A DNA stretch of 63,879 nucleotides, the filler included, from Phoronis australis (lineage: Eukaryota > Animalia > Phoronida): NCBI GenBank assembly GCA_002633005.1. It is 8 parts of 8 records of this genome, joined end to end, with 100 filler letters (N's around TTAATTAATTAA, not from the genome) between each part and the next. Parts side by side here need not be neighbours in the genome. Positions count along the whole stretch, not along the records: positions 36,102 to 55,547 come from NMRA01001440.1; positions 55,648 to 58,753 come from NMRA01003220.1; positions 58,854 to 62,117 come from NMRA01003116.1; positions 62,218 to 63,879 come from NMRA01002181.1; 4 more parts are not named here. One strand, given 5' to 3'. The first letter of the stretch is position 1; each line of letters opens with the position of its first letter. The translations under genes were made by a program, and so were the position numbers. The notes beneath the pieces were generated by a model. That model was not told where the DNA came from. It did no database searches and saw only the letters and a list, made by a program, of their open reading frames with translations. Positions 51,330 through 63,879 of this stretch are shown in pieces.

Positions 51330-52208
51330 CTGAACATCAAAAGAAACAATGTTACACGACAGACCATCAAACACAGCTCCTGGTCTACCGCCAGTCAATC
51401 TGGCTGTCTCAACACCTACAATAATATTAAGTAACATACAGGCTTACAGTGGAGGCTCATATTATCTGGATAGTTAGGCACAGCTAGTACAGTACAGGTA
51501 CACAAGTTTCTGTCCAGACAGTTATATGGCCCCAAAATCGAGGGCCCTGAAGTGAAACCTTGCAGATTCTCAAAACATGGTCTAGTGATAGCTATTGGCA
51601 TTACGGTGAAACATTAATTTGGAGCAACTTGCCCTTTTAAGCTGAATTTAGCCCTGTTTAGCTGTCAAGTAATTCAAGTTGTTAAACAAAGAGAAACAGA
51701 GTTTAAAATGTTATGTCTAAGCATCCCTGAATTGGTGATGAATGAGTGAGTGCGTAAATTTCTACATATTGCTCATGAGCATGGGCAACAGGATATCTGT
51801 CATTAACCTCTGTGTGAACAAAACGCGGTATGTAAAGTGGGGTCAGTCATATGTATTCACTGAAATGGTCACTATCGTGACATGTGTTTTCAACTGATTT
51901 CCCGGCAAGCCACTTTCAAATTTCAGGGTTTGCCAACAGCAATAAAATTAGTGATATTCCGATGTTTTTGATCTGTTGCACTTTATTAGTACAACCATAT
52001 TTGACATCCTTTATTAAGAGTAAAAGGCCAAACTTGATTTTAGTTTTGTAGTCAGCTAAAAAGGATGAAATAGGGCTTTGAGAAAAATTGGGATTTTCAA
52101 AAACTTTCATTTCTTCTAAACTGGTGAAATTTTAACGTATTCATTTGGGAAAGTGTCAAGTGCTAAACATATAGAGAACTAGCCATCAATGTCTAAAACT
52201 CGTCATAC

Positions 52209-52310
52209 TTGTGTAACAAGTGGTTCCAATGTCTTCTCTACAGACTTTGTGCGAATCTCCAAATTTTTTGGGTCCCATCGGACACCAAGAGAGCCAATTG
52301 GCTGGCTCAT
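52209..52310 (-). CDS. CTNNA: Alpha-catenin first coding exon
   Basis: MSQPIGSLGVRWDPKNLEIRTKSVEKTLEPLVTQ. Acceptor at 52333-52335; a probable upstream non-coding exon ends at 52634 (donor GTGAGT). Confidence 0.95.
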
Positions 52311-53059
52311 GGTTTCAATCTGGTGAAACTCCCTGCAAAACAAGGCAGTAAAATGACTCAGAAATGTAACCTATAAAGTGAATTGAAAGGAAAATTGTAT
52401 ACAATCAGTGTGTCAAAACATGAAATGTGGAGTGCTGCAACTTTTACAGCGCACACAGACTAACTACTTTTAAAAACAGTTAAAGTGAACTATTGTATAC
52501 ATCAACATACCACATTATCAAACATTAAATGTACAGCTTGTATGTAATGAAAGGAGTAGGTCTAACTGGCATATAAACAGCTAATGGCCTTTGAGATATC
52601 TGCCCAGCATTTGTCATCGAGGGAGTGACTCACCAAGAAGGAATTCAAATAACAAACACCAGGACCAGTTTCAGAAAACCCTCTCCAGTCTCCGAAAACT
52701 TCGTCGTTAGCAAAAAAATGATTAACCTGTTATATATAAAGAGTTCAAAAAGCCTTGTGTCGAAATGACGACAAAGTGTATGACAAGATTGTTGACTGCA
52801 GTACATCACTGCACACCTGTGTCTGTGAGTGCTAGGGCTGCTAGGCCCATCAGGCATCGATGCGATTGAATCAAACCGGTGAATCCAATAACCCAGAGCA
52901 CTATATGAAACCGGTATACTTTGAGATGATTATGAATCTGCTTGTGTCGAGGTAATAATGGTTTATACCTTATGAACAAACATTCTCTGACCAATAAAAC
53001 AAAACGCTTTTATACAAACCGTTAAAGAGCTCACTATGAAGCTGGATTTGGCCTCTCAA

Positions 53060-53470
53060 CTGAGCCGGTCGATGAGTCAAACGCACTCCCCAAAACTGCT
53101 TAAGCTAACAACTTTTCAACAATGTTTCGAAAACAAAATGTTAAATATCTTGGCAAATATCTTCAACGTACAAATTAAAAATTTGAGTGTATTTTCTAGT
53201 GGTTGTTGGTCATTATTTTTTAATTGGTCATTATTTTTTAACCAGGAGTACATTTACTGTAAATATTAGCGGGTAATGTACAATAGATAGAACAGCTGTA
53301 CACAAGTTGGAATGTGGTCACGTGATTTTATTATGGAATCTCTAATGTTGAAGAACAATTTGTCTTATACCGGAACAGAGGTTGCGAACAGAGAACGCAT
53401 TCCCTTGCCGGTGTCCGATGTTCGTCACCATATCGAGTCGACTGTTTTCCGTTTTGTCTGTGAGTACATG
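53060..53470. promoter_or_regulatory. Probable alpha-catenin promoter region, possibly bidirectional
   Basis: CpG-containing stretch with E-box GTCACGTGAT (53317), ETS-like CCGGAA (53370) and a plus-strand GTGAGT donor-like site at 53460. Confidence 0.35.
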
Positions 53471-54680
53471 ATGTCTGCACCGTCCACAGGTGATATCATA
53501 CCTCCATAAAAAGTACACGTGTTCTTGTTAGGCAGTACCACCCTCTCAACTGACTGTGGAGTCGGCTGTCGGCATAGCCATAGCCTCGCGTAGCGGGCGG
53601 TGCCTAGCCTAGGCTATGTAGGCCTGTAGGGAGGACAACGTTTTTTAAATTTTTTTTACAATACCCATGTGTCATACATTTTTGAAAAGCCCTTGGTGTG
53701 AGAAAAGAAATGGTGCAAAAATCAGAAAAATTGGATGAGCGGTTGACGAGAAAATGGCCGTTGAAGTGCGACGTTTATGCGCAAAATATCTGCCTTTTTA
53801 AGTTTTTACATAATTTCGTAAAAAATAAAAGAATACACATGTGCTGCATATAAAAAGATTCGACTCATTGAGATAAACATGGTGGTGTGTATTATATAAA
53901 ATTTGGATCGATTTCTACAGAGATATTGCTGTTTAAGTGTGTTGTTATAGCATATATAGTCCGATTACCTCTCGTCGTCAGTCTCCAAAGGTCGTCCGCC
54001 ATCTTGTTTCGCGTGCAGCGCTGCCACGCGGGACTTAGCGTTCCAATTTGGAACGCTCGTCTGCACGNTTAGGTACTAACCTCTCGGGAGAAACACGCGT
54101 GGAAGAACTGAGACTAAAATTAATGCATTTACCAACTGTTTTTTGAGACCACTTAAAAACTTGTTGATTTTACTAATTAATGCACTTTTTTGTTCATTTT
54201 CAGAAGATATTTTCGAAATTAAATTTTCTTCAGACGGAACAAAAAGCAACCCAGGGATTGTTTATGCAATGTATCTATTTGTCCCAGGCACTAACCGACA
54301 TCATGGGTTGCAACAATACATGTACCTCTGACCTCTCTCTGCAGTTTCTTTGTCAGTACGGCATGTGGAAAATTTACTGATGCCAGCTTTCTACTTGATA
54401 TGTACTTGTATTGGCTATAAAAAGTTTCAACAGCACTACCCTTCAACTGCAGTCGAGAAATGTCGTACCCTGGTGTGAAAATCCTGGCACAAGGCTTTGA
54501 ATGAGAATACACAGATTAGTATCAGATTGTAGGTCTGAAAGGAAACAATGAAAACACTCTTGTATTTGTTGTTGCATTATGCAACTTCCAGCAGCGTCCT
54601 CAAATTGGACTTAACACAGGCTGAAGTGTGCATAACTTCCCGATGCTTTACATATGTAGCAGTAATTGTAGCTATCACGT

Positions 54681-55083
54681 GGGCCCGGTCTCCAATCTTT
54701 TTACTCGAAATGGAACTCGAAATTAGGTTTGGCATTTTCTACTCTATTTTTGGGCGAACTCAAGATAAGTGTCTATTATTCTATGCTCGAGTACACAATA
54801 ACTTACGTAGATAATTTATTGTCCTTAGTTCACAGTTTGTAAACCCAATATTAAAGCAATAAGTTCGAGTTTGAACTCGAAATTTCGAGTTTTTACTCGA
54901 GTTTGTAGCACGAATATAAGGGTCTTCAAGGGCAAACTTGAACTTGAAACTCCTATGCATAAACTATAATGTATTCGAGCACAGTCTGATAACCAATTAA
55001 CTTAAGTTCGCACAAAAAGAGCAGAGAAATTGCCAAAAATAGTTTCGAGTTCGTTTCGAGTACAAAGATTAGAGACCGGGCCC
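54681..55083. mobile_element. Foldback MITE with ~85-bp imperfect terminal inverted repeats (PIF/Harbinger-like GGGCCC ends)
   Basis: GGGCCCGGTCTCCAATCTTTTTACTCGAAA... mirrored by ...TTTCGAGTACAAAGATTAGAGACCGGGCCC, with internal ACTCGA/TCGAGT repeats. Confidence 0.85.
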
Positions 55084-55895
55084 TGGATTTCAAAAAGGCA
55101 AGGTTGCCTGTACACAATTTAAGGTAAAAGAGTAGCTTGTACATTAGCAGTTTTCACGTGTAGAATGGTTTTTGTTTTCTGAGGTCATTTAGTCTGAATT
55201 TGTGAGTAATTTCTTATCTTTGTGATTGCTAGGCCAAATTACTGAGAAACATTGTGCATATAAAGTTGGTTGAAAATTGTCTTATGTTTTTAAGAACAAG
55301 TTTTGTAGGGAAAATGATCCGCCATATTCAGTAAGTATCGTGACGTGCTATTTGAGCCTGCGAGGCGCGAGGTATGTCATTAGTGCAAAGGTCACCTATT
55401 TGCAGAATTTTTTTTCACATTTACATGTACAAGGTGTCATTGAATACAGGTGCACTTAGTTGATATTCAAAAGGCATTGTTGTTTAGTTCCTGTAATACA
55501 TTAGCGCAGTTAGGAGCATGCAATTACATCTTTAAGAGCAGAGGCGGNNNNNNNNNNNNNNNNNNNNNNNNNNNNNNNNNNNNNNNNNNNNTTAATTAAT
55601 TAANNNNNNNNNNNNNNNNNNNNNNNNNNNNNNNNNNNNNNNNNNNNATGGCTTATGGGGGGCTCACAAACCACGGTTTTCGCACTCAAAAACACGTTTC
55701 ACGGACATGGCTCACTGCAAACGAAGCACCTAGAAAAATTTATGTTTCCTTTGTGCCATCTGTCAACAAAGAGCTTTGAGATTACATTTAATTTCAGTTA
55801 TGTATTTTACTGTAATTTAGTATCTTTTTGTGTTAAACGACAAATAAGATAGTATAAAAATTTTTGTTTTCGTTTTTAATCAAAAACAAAATCTA

Positions 55896-56110
55896 GGGCC
55901 CATTCCAAGAAAACTGACTTTATAGCCAACTAAAGACAAATCTTAAATTTAAGTCAATTTTAAGATAAAATTTTCATGTGTCTTTAGTCCGTTCCAAAGT
56001 GATCTTAAGTTTGACTGAAGTTTTTGACTTAAGTTCGAATAAGTTACTGGATGTGGAAGTTTCAAAGTTTGGAAGTCAAAAATGAACTTAGTCAGTTTCT
56101 TGGACCCCCC
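55896..56110. mobile_element. Small MITE-like inverted-repeat element
   Basis: GGGCCCATTCCAAGAAAACTGACT ... AGTCAGTTTCTTGGACCCCCC. Confidence 0.5.
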
Positions 56111-57023
56111 TGTTTCATTGAAATGTATCCTCAACACTTCTTCAAATATTCATTCATCCCAGTAGTTGAGCGTCGTAGACTCTGTGGCCTAAGTTAAACA
56201 GGCACTAGGCCCCTGTGGGCAGTGTGTGACCTATTTTCCAGTGGACGAGTCTGCTATTGTTTGATCATGCTGAAACCTTTAGATTTTGTTCATTCGACGT
56301 GCCAAGATGTAGATGGGCTATTTCCACGTGCCAGTCGATTTTGGTGACCTCAACCTCACAGCAAGAAAACAAAAAAAAATGTTGGGGTTAATTTCAAGAA
56401 GCAAGCTTCAGATTTTGTTCAATGCGGGTGGGGTATTATCAGGCATCAGATGATTTTTGGTGAACTTAGTCTCATTTTCAAGGTCACAGTACGGAAATCA
56501 GGTCGATTTTAATAATTGTACAACACCAGGTGAATGTGTAGTCGCACTGTGACAAATGCTTGAAATTTTGGCGATACTGCTTAAGACTGGTAGTGAAAAA
56601 TATTTTCCCCCTTTAGGTGTTCTGATTTTTGACTTCTAACTGAAATTGTTTGGTTGACAATAAGTTGTTGATGCATTCTAAAATTTCATACTCCTTTCAT
56701 GGTTGTGGTCAAGTATTTCAATTCTTGCATTAGAGAAAAGTGCCAAGAATCCTTTAAGTTTATGTTTGCAAAGCACCAATATGGAGCACTCTTCAACACC
56801 TTTTGCATGTGAGCAAGATCTAATTGAAAGTTAAAATTGCTGTTGATCTTGTATAGAATTTTCTTCTGCAATTGTGTGGATGTTAAGGTAGTTTTTACCG
56901 AATTTCAAAGCTAAAATTTCAGGCCAGTTTTCAAATGATCTAGTGTTTTTATCTGTGGTTTTGTCATAACTTTGATAAAGTTTCGTGTACTTTTACACAG
57001 AGATGTTTTTTTTTTCATTGTAG

Positions 57024-57089
57024 GATTCTGATCAAGGACCGAAGAAGAAGAAGGCGAGAGTTGTTAGTGACGATGAGGAAGAAGACTAG
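57024..57089 (+). CDS. Terminal exon of an unidentified nuclear protein (basic NLS-like run + acidic tail; weakly LEO1-like)
   Basis: Strong acceptor (T10 CATTGTAG), DSDQGPKKKKARVVSDDEEED*, and AATAAA at 57169. Confidence 0.65.
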   Translation, partial: DSDQGPKKKKARVVSDDEEED

Positions 57090-57681
57090 AAGTGATCGTT
57101 TTGTGATAGAAATCAGCAAAATATTTTATTTGTAATGCTTTGAGAATGCATGTTGTACAAAAATGTCTAATAAACCATGTGTTTTTACCCATTTCTTTTG
57201 ATTTCAACACTGTATCACATAATAGCTATCATTTCTGGAAAGTGGCATGGCAGTAAAGCTTGCGCAAGTTGGATCCAACTTTACCGGCAGATTTTATCTG
57301 CGCACTGGACAAAATATGATAGATTTCAAGGACCAAGTGAACAACGATCACGGAACTATGACCAAGTTGAATAAAGTCCTGATTGAACTTCTCGAGAACC
57401 GTTACTTTCAAACAAATAACTCGCAGCTTCACAGCTAAACCACTAAACTTCACCCATAGCCTCAATTCACTAAAGAACAACTACAGTCCCTGTTTGCTCT
57501 ATCATGATTCACATATCTCTGGGACAGATTAACAGCTTCGCTGGTAAACCACAACTTAACCCGCGACCTAAATTCACCAAAAATCTATTCTCCTGAGTTT
57601 CTTCCACATATTTACTCTGACAACTCCATGATAACCTCATATACTGAGTGTATACCGCTGCACTGAAATCCACACGACTGG

Positions 57682-57918
<237 letters not shown>

Positions 57919-58300
57919 TTAAATTCATATGATCACATTACATCATTTGGGAAACTTCAGAGGAAAACGTAAGCACTAAGATACAGGTGATCATACAAGT
58001 CAATTAACCCTTGGGTCACACCATTATGACCCAATTAATGCGAAACACAAAAATTCTCACACGTGCTTTGTAAGCAGCAGTTTTTACAAACTATTTTTTT
58101 ACAGGTAAATGGTATTAAAACAGAAACAATGAAAGACTTGACAATCACTGGGTGTTGCTACAAATAACAAAATTTTTCTCTCTACAACCTGAAAAATTGA
58201 GAACAAGAAACTGTTCAACAGCACAAGAATACAAGTGAGATAGTTGTCCCACGTGATCGGTGTTTCACTTGCTCCCTTGATGGACTCCTGCAGATACTTA

Positions 58301-58486
<186 letters not shown>

Positions 58487-58639
58487 TCAATAAAAAACTG
58501 AACATTTGACACCAAAAACTACGAAACACAGGTAAAAGAAGAAACTTTGAACAATGACAAAAATACGTGGATTTAGGTCCGCAAACACTTTTTTTCAAAT
58601 GCTTTTTAACTGGAGATATGCTATCTATGTTTAACATCA

Positions 58640-58738
<99 letters not shown>

Positions 58739-59715
58739 CTAAACAGATAGAAANNNNNNNNNNNNNNNNNNNNNNNNNNNNNNNNNNNNNNNNNNNNTTA
58801 ATTAATTAANNNNNNNNNNNNNNNNNNNNNNNNNNNNNNNNNNNNNNNNNNNNATCGCTGAACATAAGTCGGTAGCAATATACGCAAAAAAAAAACAAGC
58901 TACAAATAGCTATAAATGTTTATTCGCATTTACAGCTTGTGTGACATGTGCAACGTGTGAATTTCAACATATTAAGATATTAAGTTTAAGCTCATGTAAT
59001 TTGGTCAGTGCACACACCGCTTACTTTTGAGGTTGAACCGAACGGTGCCTATGTTCAGCCACACGTGTCAATAAATGCAACCACAAATTAACTGATATGA
59101 CAAAATTAATACTCAAATAAATTAATAAAACTGTTCTAAAATGTTTACAATAGAGATTCTCCAAAACACGACGCGTTTCCCAAAAATGACGTCGAAATTT
59201 TGTTCTTAATTCCTATCCAATCTCCTCATTGACGCACAAACAAAACACGCAGTCACGTGATGGGAGTTTACGGTTGTTTAATACCAGGGAAAGACAGGAA
59301 GCAAATGTACTATCGTTATTATTATCTGTCTCACTTAAACCAGTTGACCCCTACTTGCAACCCCACTTTCAACAAGTGTTTTTCACTGTGATGACAATGA
59401 CAGCTCAGTGCCAACTGCGGGAAATGTTCCACGAAGCATTGGAGCGCCCTATGCATCTACACGTACTCCATATGTTGAGACTTGACCAGAATAATTCAGG
59501 ATGTGAACTAAAAAACGTACCATCTCAGGAACGTTTTGTACTTTGATAATCAAAATAGCATTCTTTAAGAAATTTGCAATTACTATACATTTTTTCTGAA
59601 ATATTTCATTTTGATTGGTATGCTTTACATGTACATGTATATTCAGCAGTACTGATGATTGCATATTCCAACTGCTACGCAGTACAGTACATACGGCGAA
59701 GATATATGTTCATAC

Positions 59716-59857
59716 CTTAACCACGAGACCCTGCGCCGGGGGCTCCGGTATGGGATGATCTTCTAGCTTGAGTGGTTCCGACGGTACGTGGATCTCAGCT
59801 CGACGCATGATGCTGGTTTTCCTCGTGCACAGTTTGGGCTGCGAGTCGCGAGACTGC
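59716..59857 (-). CDS. 5' exon of a zinc-dependent alcohol dehydrogenase-like (MDR, GroES-like N-terminus) gene
   Basis: ...MRRAEIHVPSEPLKLEDHPIPEPPAQGLVVK followed by donor GTATGA. This resembles the MDR start MxA.......PL.LEE.P.PEP...EVLVKV. Acceptor TTCTCACGTAG. Confidence 0.65.
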
Positions 59858-60609
59858 CTACGTGAGAACCATTTTATATCTACACTAACTTATGATCTAC
59901 GGAAGAGAATTCGAGCCACGCAAAAAAATTCTGTACCATGCAAATGCGTATATCAATGGTCAACTTATCTTAACTACAAACGTTTTAGTATGTGACAGCC
60001 AGTTATTAGCCAAGTGTGCTTAGAGACGAATCATTTTCATTAGAAATACTTCAATTTTTTAATACTAATTCACCAGAATTAAACATTTTTTCCAATTTTA
60101 CTATCTTAGCCTAATGGAAGTTCAGGCCCCACATGGTGTTGATTGCGGATTATTTAATCCCGTGATAATGACGTGAGCGGTTTCGTCTCCCATGGCATAG
60201 GCACTTACTCAAAAAAATCATGATTTTGCCGAATGGAGTTGCTACTATTTTGTAGCGTTAAAACGCTCAATATATTTTCTTTATCAAGGCGCCTCCTATT
60301 CAGCGAAGAAACTGGGTACCCGTTATATATGTTTGATAATACCACGTGACGCATCAATGCCGACTGTTATGGAGGGCGCTGGAGTAGCGATGCACAAAAC
60401 TTTTGCCGGGAAAAATTTGCAGTGCTATATCCGTTGAACCACTGTTCGAGCTTGGATTCAGCGTTGATACGGATTTCTTGCTTTTTATCGAAACTTCCGC
60501 CTTTTCAACTGAGGAGTCTCTTTTTTTTGTTCTCGAATGTTGCCAAATATCTGGCTGAAATCAACTTTTTCATTTTTGAATTCTTCAGTGTTTTTACCCA
60601 GGTTCCTAC

Positions 60610-60638
60610 CTCATCCACCCATACAACGTAAAATTCAT
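60610..60638 (-). CDS. Candidate upstream start exon of the ADH-like gene (exon 60610-60714; MNFTLYGWM-R)
   Basis: Strong polypyrimidine acceptor at 60715 and a GTAGGA donor. It splices in frame (phase 2) to 59857. Confidence 0.4.
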
Positions 60639-60919
60639 GTCTTTACAAAGCACTTGAATTGATCAACTTCTCCAAATTCTTCTTGCATCTATGGAACGCA
60701 GCTTTTCCCAAATGCTAGAAAAAAGAACGAAGGAAAAAGAAAATGTGGTAACATGTACTGCAACAGAGGTATCTAGTACTCCTATAAAATACGTATCGAA
60801 TAAAATACTCTGATCATATTTACAATGTCACTTCGCTGTATTTCGCAGGTAAGATGGAATTGTGCGCTCGGATCCTTATTAATTTGCAAGGAATGCTCAG
60901 TTGCGAGGTAATTACTCTA

Positions 60920-61553
60920 TGTGTACATGATGAGGAATGAGCTAAAATATGATTTTGAAGATACATAATGTACAAAATAAAAAAACGCCGAGCCGGGCGG
61001 ATTCCCAATAAAATTCTTTTTTTGGACGATCCAACAATTTTCCTCATAAGATCGTTTATTTATGTGACTCGGGACCTTATCATCCAGCCAAAAACGAGAT
61101 GTTATACACTGCAGCTGTCATTCCTAAAGACAATAAATTCGAATAATACTTGGTTAGCTGACTTCCAAAGGCAAAATATCCCTGGGGAGCTTGATATCTA
61201 TTTCCTTGCAAAGTCTTACCGGACTGTGTTGCTCACCGTATTAAGGTTTCCTCGATTCATTGATTGCAAGACTCAGACAGCGAGATTCATAGGTAAAAAC
61301 AGCGCAGGACTATTTTTTACATCATGCATTACACTGACAGTCATAACATCCTAGCTCTGCTGGTGTTGGTAGATTTTGGGAAAGCTTTTGATTCTGTGTC
61401 CAGAAATTTCATTCACAAAGTTTTAGCTTTTTCAAGTTAAGACACTGTCTAAATAAGTTCGTCCGTTTGTTAAACAGATGCACTGGTGTGATTCAACACG
61501 GATTCACCTCAGAATACTCCCCTGTCAACCGGGGATGTCGTCAAAGTTCCCCG
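60920..61553 (+). mobile_element. Decayed L1/Tx1-clade non-LTR retrotransposon reverse transcriptase fragment
   Basis: Frameshifted motifs RFIGKN, LLVLVDFGKAFDSVSRNFIHKVL and HGFTSEYSPVNRGCRQSSP, matching DFxKAFDSV and RGxRQGxP. Confidence 0.85.
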
Positions 61554-63163
61554 TCAAAATTGGAAACTACGAATAGCACTTTTGAGTTAACACGGAGCTT
61601 AAATTGAACAGCTCAAATGAGTTAATAAAGAGATATTTGATGTTCTAGACCAACTTCATGAATAACCAGGCTTCAAATAAAATATGGGAAAGACGCATTG
61701 TGCGTGGATTAGCAGAATTGAATTAATTCTCACTAAGAGTTCATGTTCAGGTAAAATGGGAGTGGTTTACCTGTACATCGATTTTGGTATCAGCATGGAT
61801 GTCACTATGGACCTATTTTTGTGTCAGGTACTGTGTCATATTTATAGTCGGGTACTGAAACTTGAATATATTTTCTGATATAGGATTACGAATTGGGTGG
61901 CGCTTTCCAACGATTCATAGGAAATGAAATGGGTATACTTCTAATCGACAACTGTTGATAAACAAAGGTTCATTCGGTGATTTAATCTTCGCACACAACC
62001 GCTCATCAAGCAATTCCGTGAACATCGGTAGCCTATTACAGCAAAGGTGGACCAATTTGGTGTAGTGGACAAAACTTTATATCCCAGCACCCCAATGGGA
62101 GATTGTTGTCAATGCTGNNNNNNNNNNNNNNNNNNNNNNNNNNNNNNNNNNNNNNNNNNNNTTAATTAATTAANNNNNNNNNNNNNNNNNNNNNNNNNNN
62201 NNNNNNNNNNNNNNNNNTGTAGAAACTCTGCCATAGGTTAAACAGAGCGTAAATTTGATGAATTCTAGCTTACGATTTCACCAGTTTCGGAGACCGGGTT
62301 TCAACCACTTTTGGGCTATAATAAGCGCCCCCCATTCTGAAGCGAATTTTTCTAAGCGCCCTGGGCGCTTATTAGGACCTGCTTTGAACATGAACGTTTT
62401 AACTTTACAATTGCTTCTGCAGGCACCCGGGGTGCTCTTCCATAGAAGAGGTACATGGGACGTGTTGCTCACTGAGAATGGAGGGATCGGACTTTCACGA
62501 CCTGTTTCCTTGGGACAGGGCTGAGTTTCTGACAAAATTCCCTTTGTAAAAGGGCACTTTAACTATCCCATGTGACACAGTTCCCTTTAAGTCTGGAAAC
62601 ACTACAAAGGCTCACCTTCAGTTCCAACTACTACACAAAACTAAAAGTATTTTTTAAAATAATCTGTATTGAACTTTATTGAGTTACAAATGATGTACTT
62701 GTTTTTGATGAAAATCTCTAAAAGTCAAGTTTTCAGTGGCGTAATGGCTTGAAACTTCTGCTGTTCCCTATTTACGAAAGGGTCCGGGGGTCAGAGAAAC
62801 CGGCATCTGGTGACACGCAGAGGCTTTGTGTGTGCACCGGAGAACTCGACAGGCGGATATAGCTTGTTGCACAGGGGAAGGCAAGCCATAATAATTGCTC
62901 GACTGTGAAAATGTTCGCGTACAAGGGAATTCTGCATCCGGCCGGGAGGGAACGCCACTAAGTCGTGCTTTCTGGAAACGTTGCAGTGCGTGAACTTAGA
63001 ATCCTTAAAAGATCGCGAATGCGTGAACTTGGAATACACGAGGATACTTCAAGTTCGTGGTGATACTCCTCTGAACTAAACAAATCTCAAGTTATAAGAA
63101 ATATCAATTTTAACCAACCTTCATTGGCTTTATATTTATTAACCAAACAAAAGCATTCACATA

Positions 63164-63310
63164 CATGGGCGGCGCTTAGGGGGCTGGGGGGAGGGTGGGG
63201 CTATAGCTCCCCACTTTTTTTCAGCGCCACGTCGCACATGGTCTATAGGTGGTGCGTAGGCTACAGGGGGCTGAGGGGGCTTTAGCCTGATGAGTGCTGC
63301 GCCGCCCCTG
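63164..63310. mobile_element. MITE with termini CATGGGCGGCGC / GCGCCGCCCCTG; related copies at ~12819 and ~20146 in the array module
   Basis: 12-bp terminal inverted repeat (one mismatch) flanked by the direct repeat ACATA. Confidence 0.7.
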
Positions 63311-63879
63311 ACATAGTCAGGCCTCTAACTGTGACACGTTACGGTAAACCGGGCAAAAGTGGAGTGATCGTGGGGGCCAATAATTACATAACACGTGTTA
63401 TGAAACTGAACTGCCAACAAACGTCACCAGATTTCTTTAATGACTGTTTAATTCCAAGTTCACACGTATATGCGATCTTCGGGTAAAGCAGGATTACAAG
63501 CTCACGCGCCGAAGCAATGCTACTTGAACGGTTGCGGCGAATTCGAACATGAAATTCGGAAAATTACATAAAATACCCTTCTCCACCGTATGGGTCCAGT
63601 TGTGCCTATGCGTGCAGCGCTGACTCATTATTGTAACCAAATATTGCATAAGCGTTGAGTACGTACTTTTGTTGACTGAAGGGCATCGCCGGCGGGAAGT
63701 TGTGTGGCCATGTGCTGCTAACACAAAAGCCGAGTACAACGGAAATAACTAGGTGGGATGACTTGGAGGATGTAAGCACTTTGATTTCTGATGAGGCGAT
63801 AAACTGAGCGAAAGTGAAATGGACTACTCATGCTTGCCAGTCGGCATGAGATCTTCAGTGCTCGTTGAGCCTTAGAGCG

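Noticed and set aside
58995-59030. Minus-strand GVCTD as the ADH zinc-binding GxCHxD exon
   Set aside because: It lacks the His, is followed by a stop, and has no good acceptor.
63775-63820. Hammerhead-like CTGATGAG...CGAAA
   Set aside because: Stem II pairs poorly and only 6 nt are available for stem I, so no convincing fold.
62218-63879. Short ORFs in the last piece
   Set aside because: No recognisable domain or consistent exon structure.

Overview
AT-rich, intron-containing metazoan DNA, probably from a marine invertebrate. It is a concatenation of 8 pieces joined by 100-nt spacers (44 N + TTAATTAATTAA + 44 N), so adjacency across spacers is not evidence of linkage. The main signal is in the first piece (1-27158): a two-tier tandem array that the ORF track misses. 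It holds eight intact 99-nt, phase-0 minus-strand exons, each encoding exactly one ankyrin repeat. Their frameworks and splice sites are near-identical, while the predicted ligand-binding positions are hypervariable, and the exons appear mosaic. This is a candidate repeat-shuffling, diversifying recognition (possibly immune) gene. The other pieces contain a decayed Academ-like transposon, the last exon of PKN, and six 5' coding exons of alpha-catenin. The next alpha-catenin intron appears to hold the antisense last exon of AASS and a divergent U6 snRNA copy. Further right are three 3' exons of KAT5/Tip60 facing a terminal exon with an acidic tail, 5' exons of a Zn-alcohol-dehydrogenase-like gene, and Penelope, Tx1/L1 and MITE fragments. 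All calls come from manual reading and translation; no searches were run.
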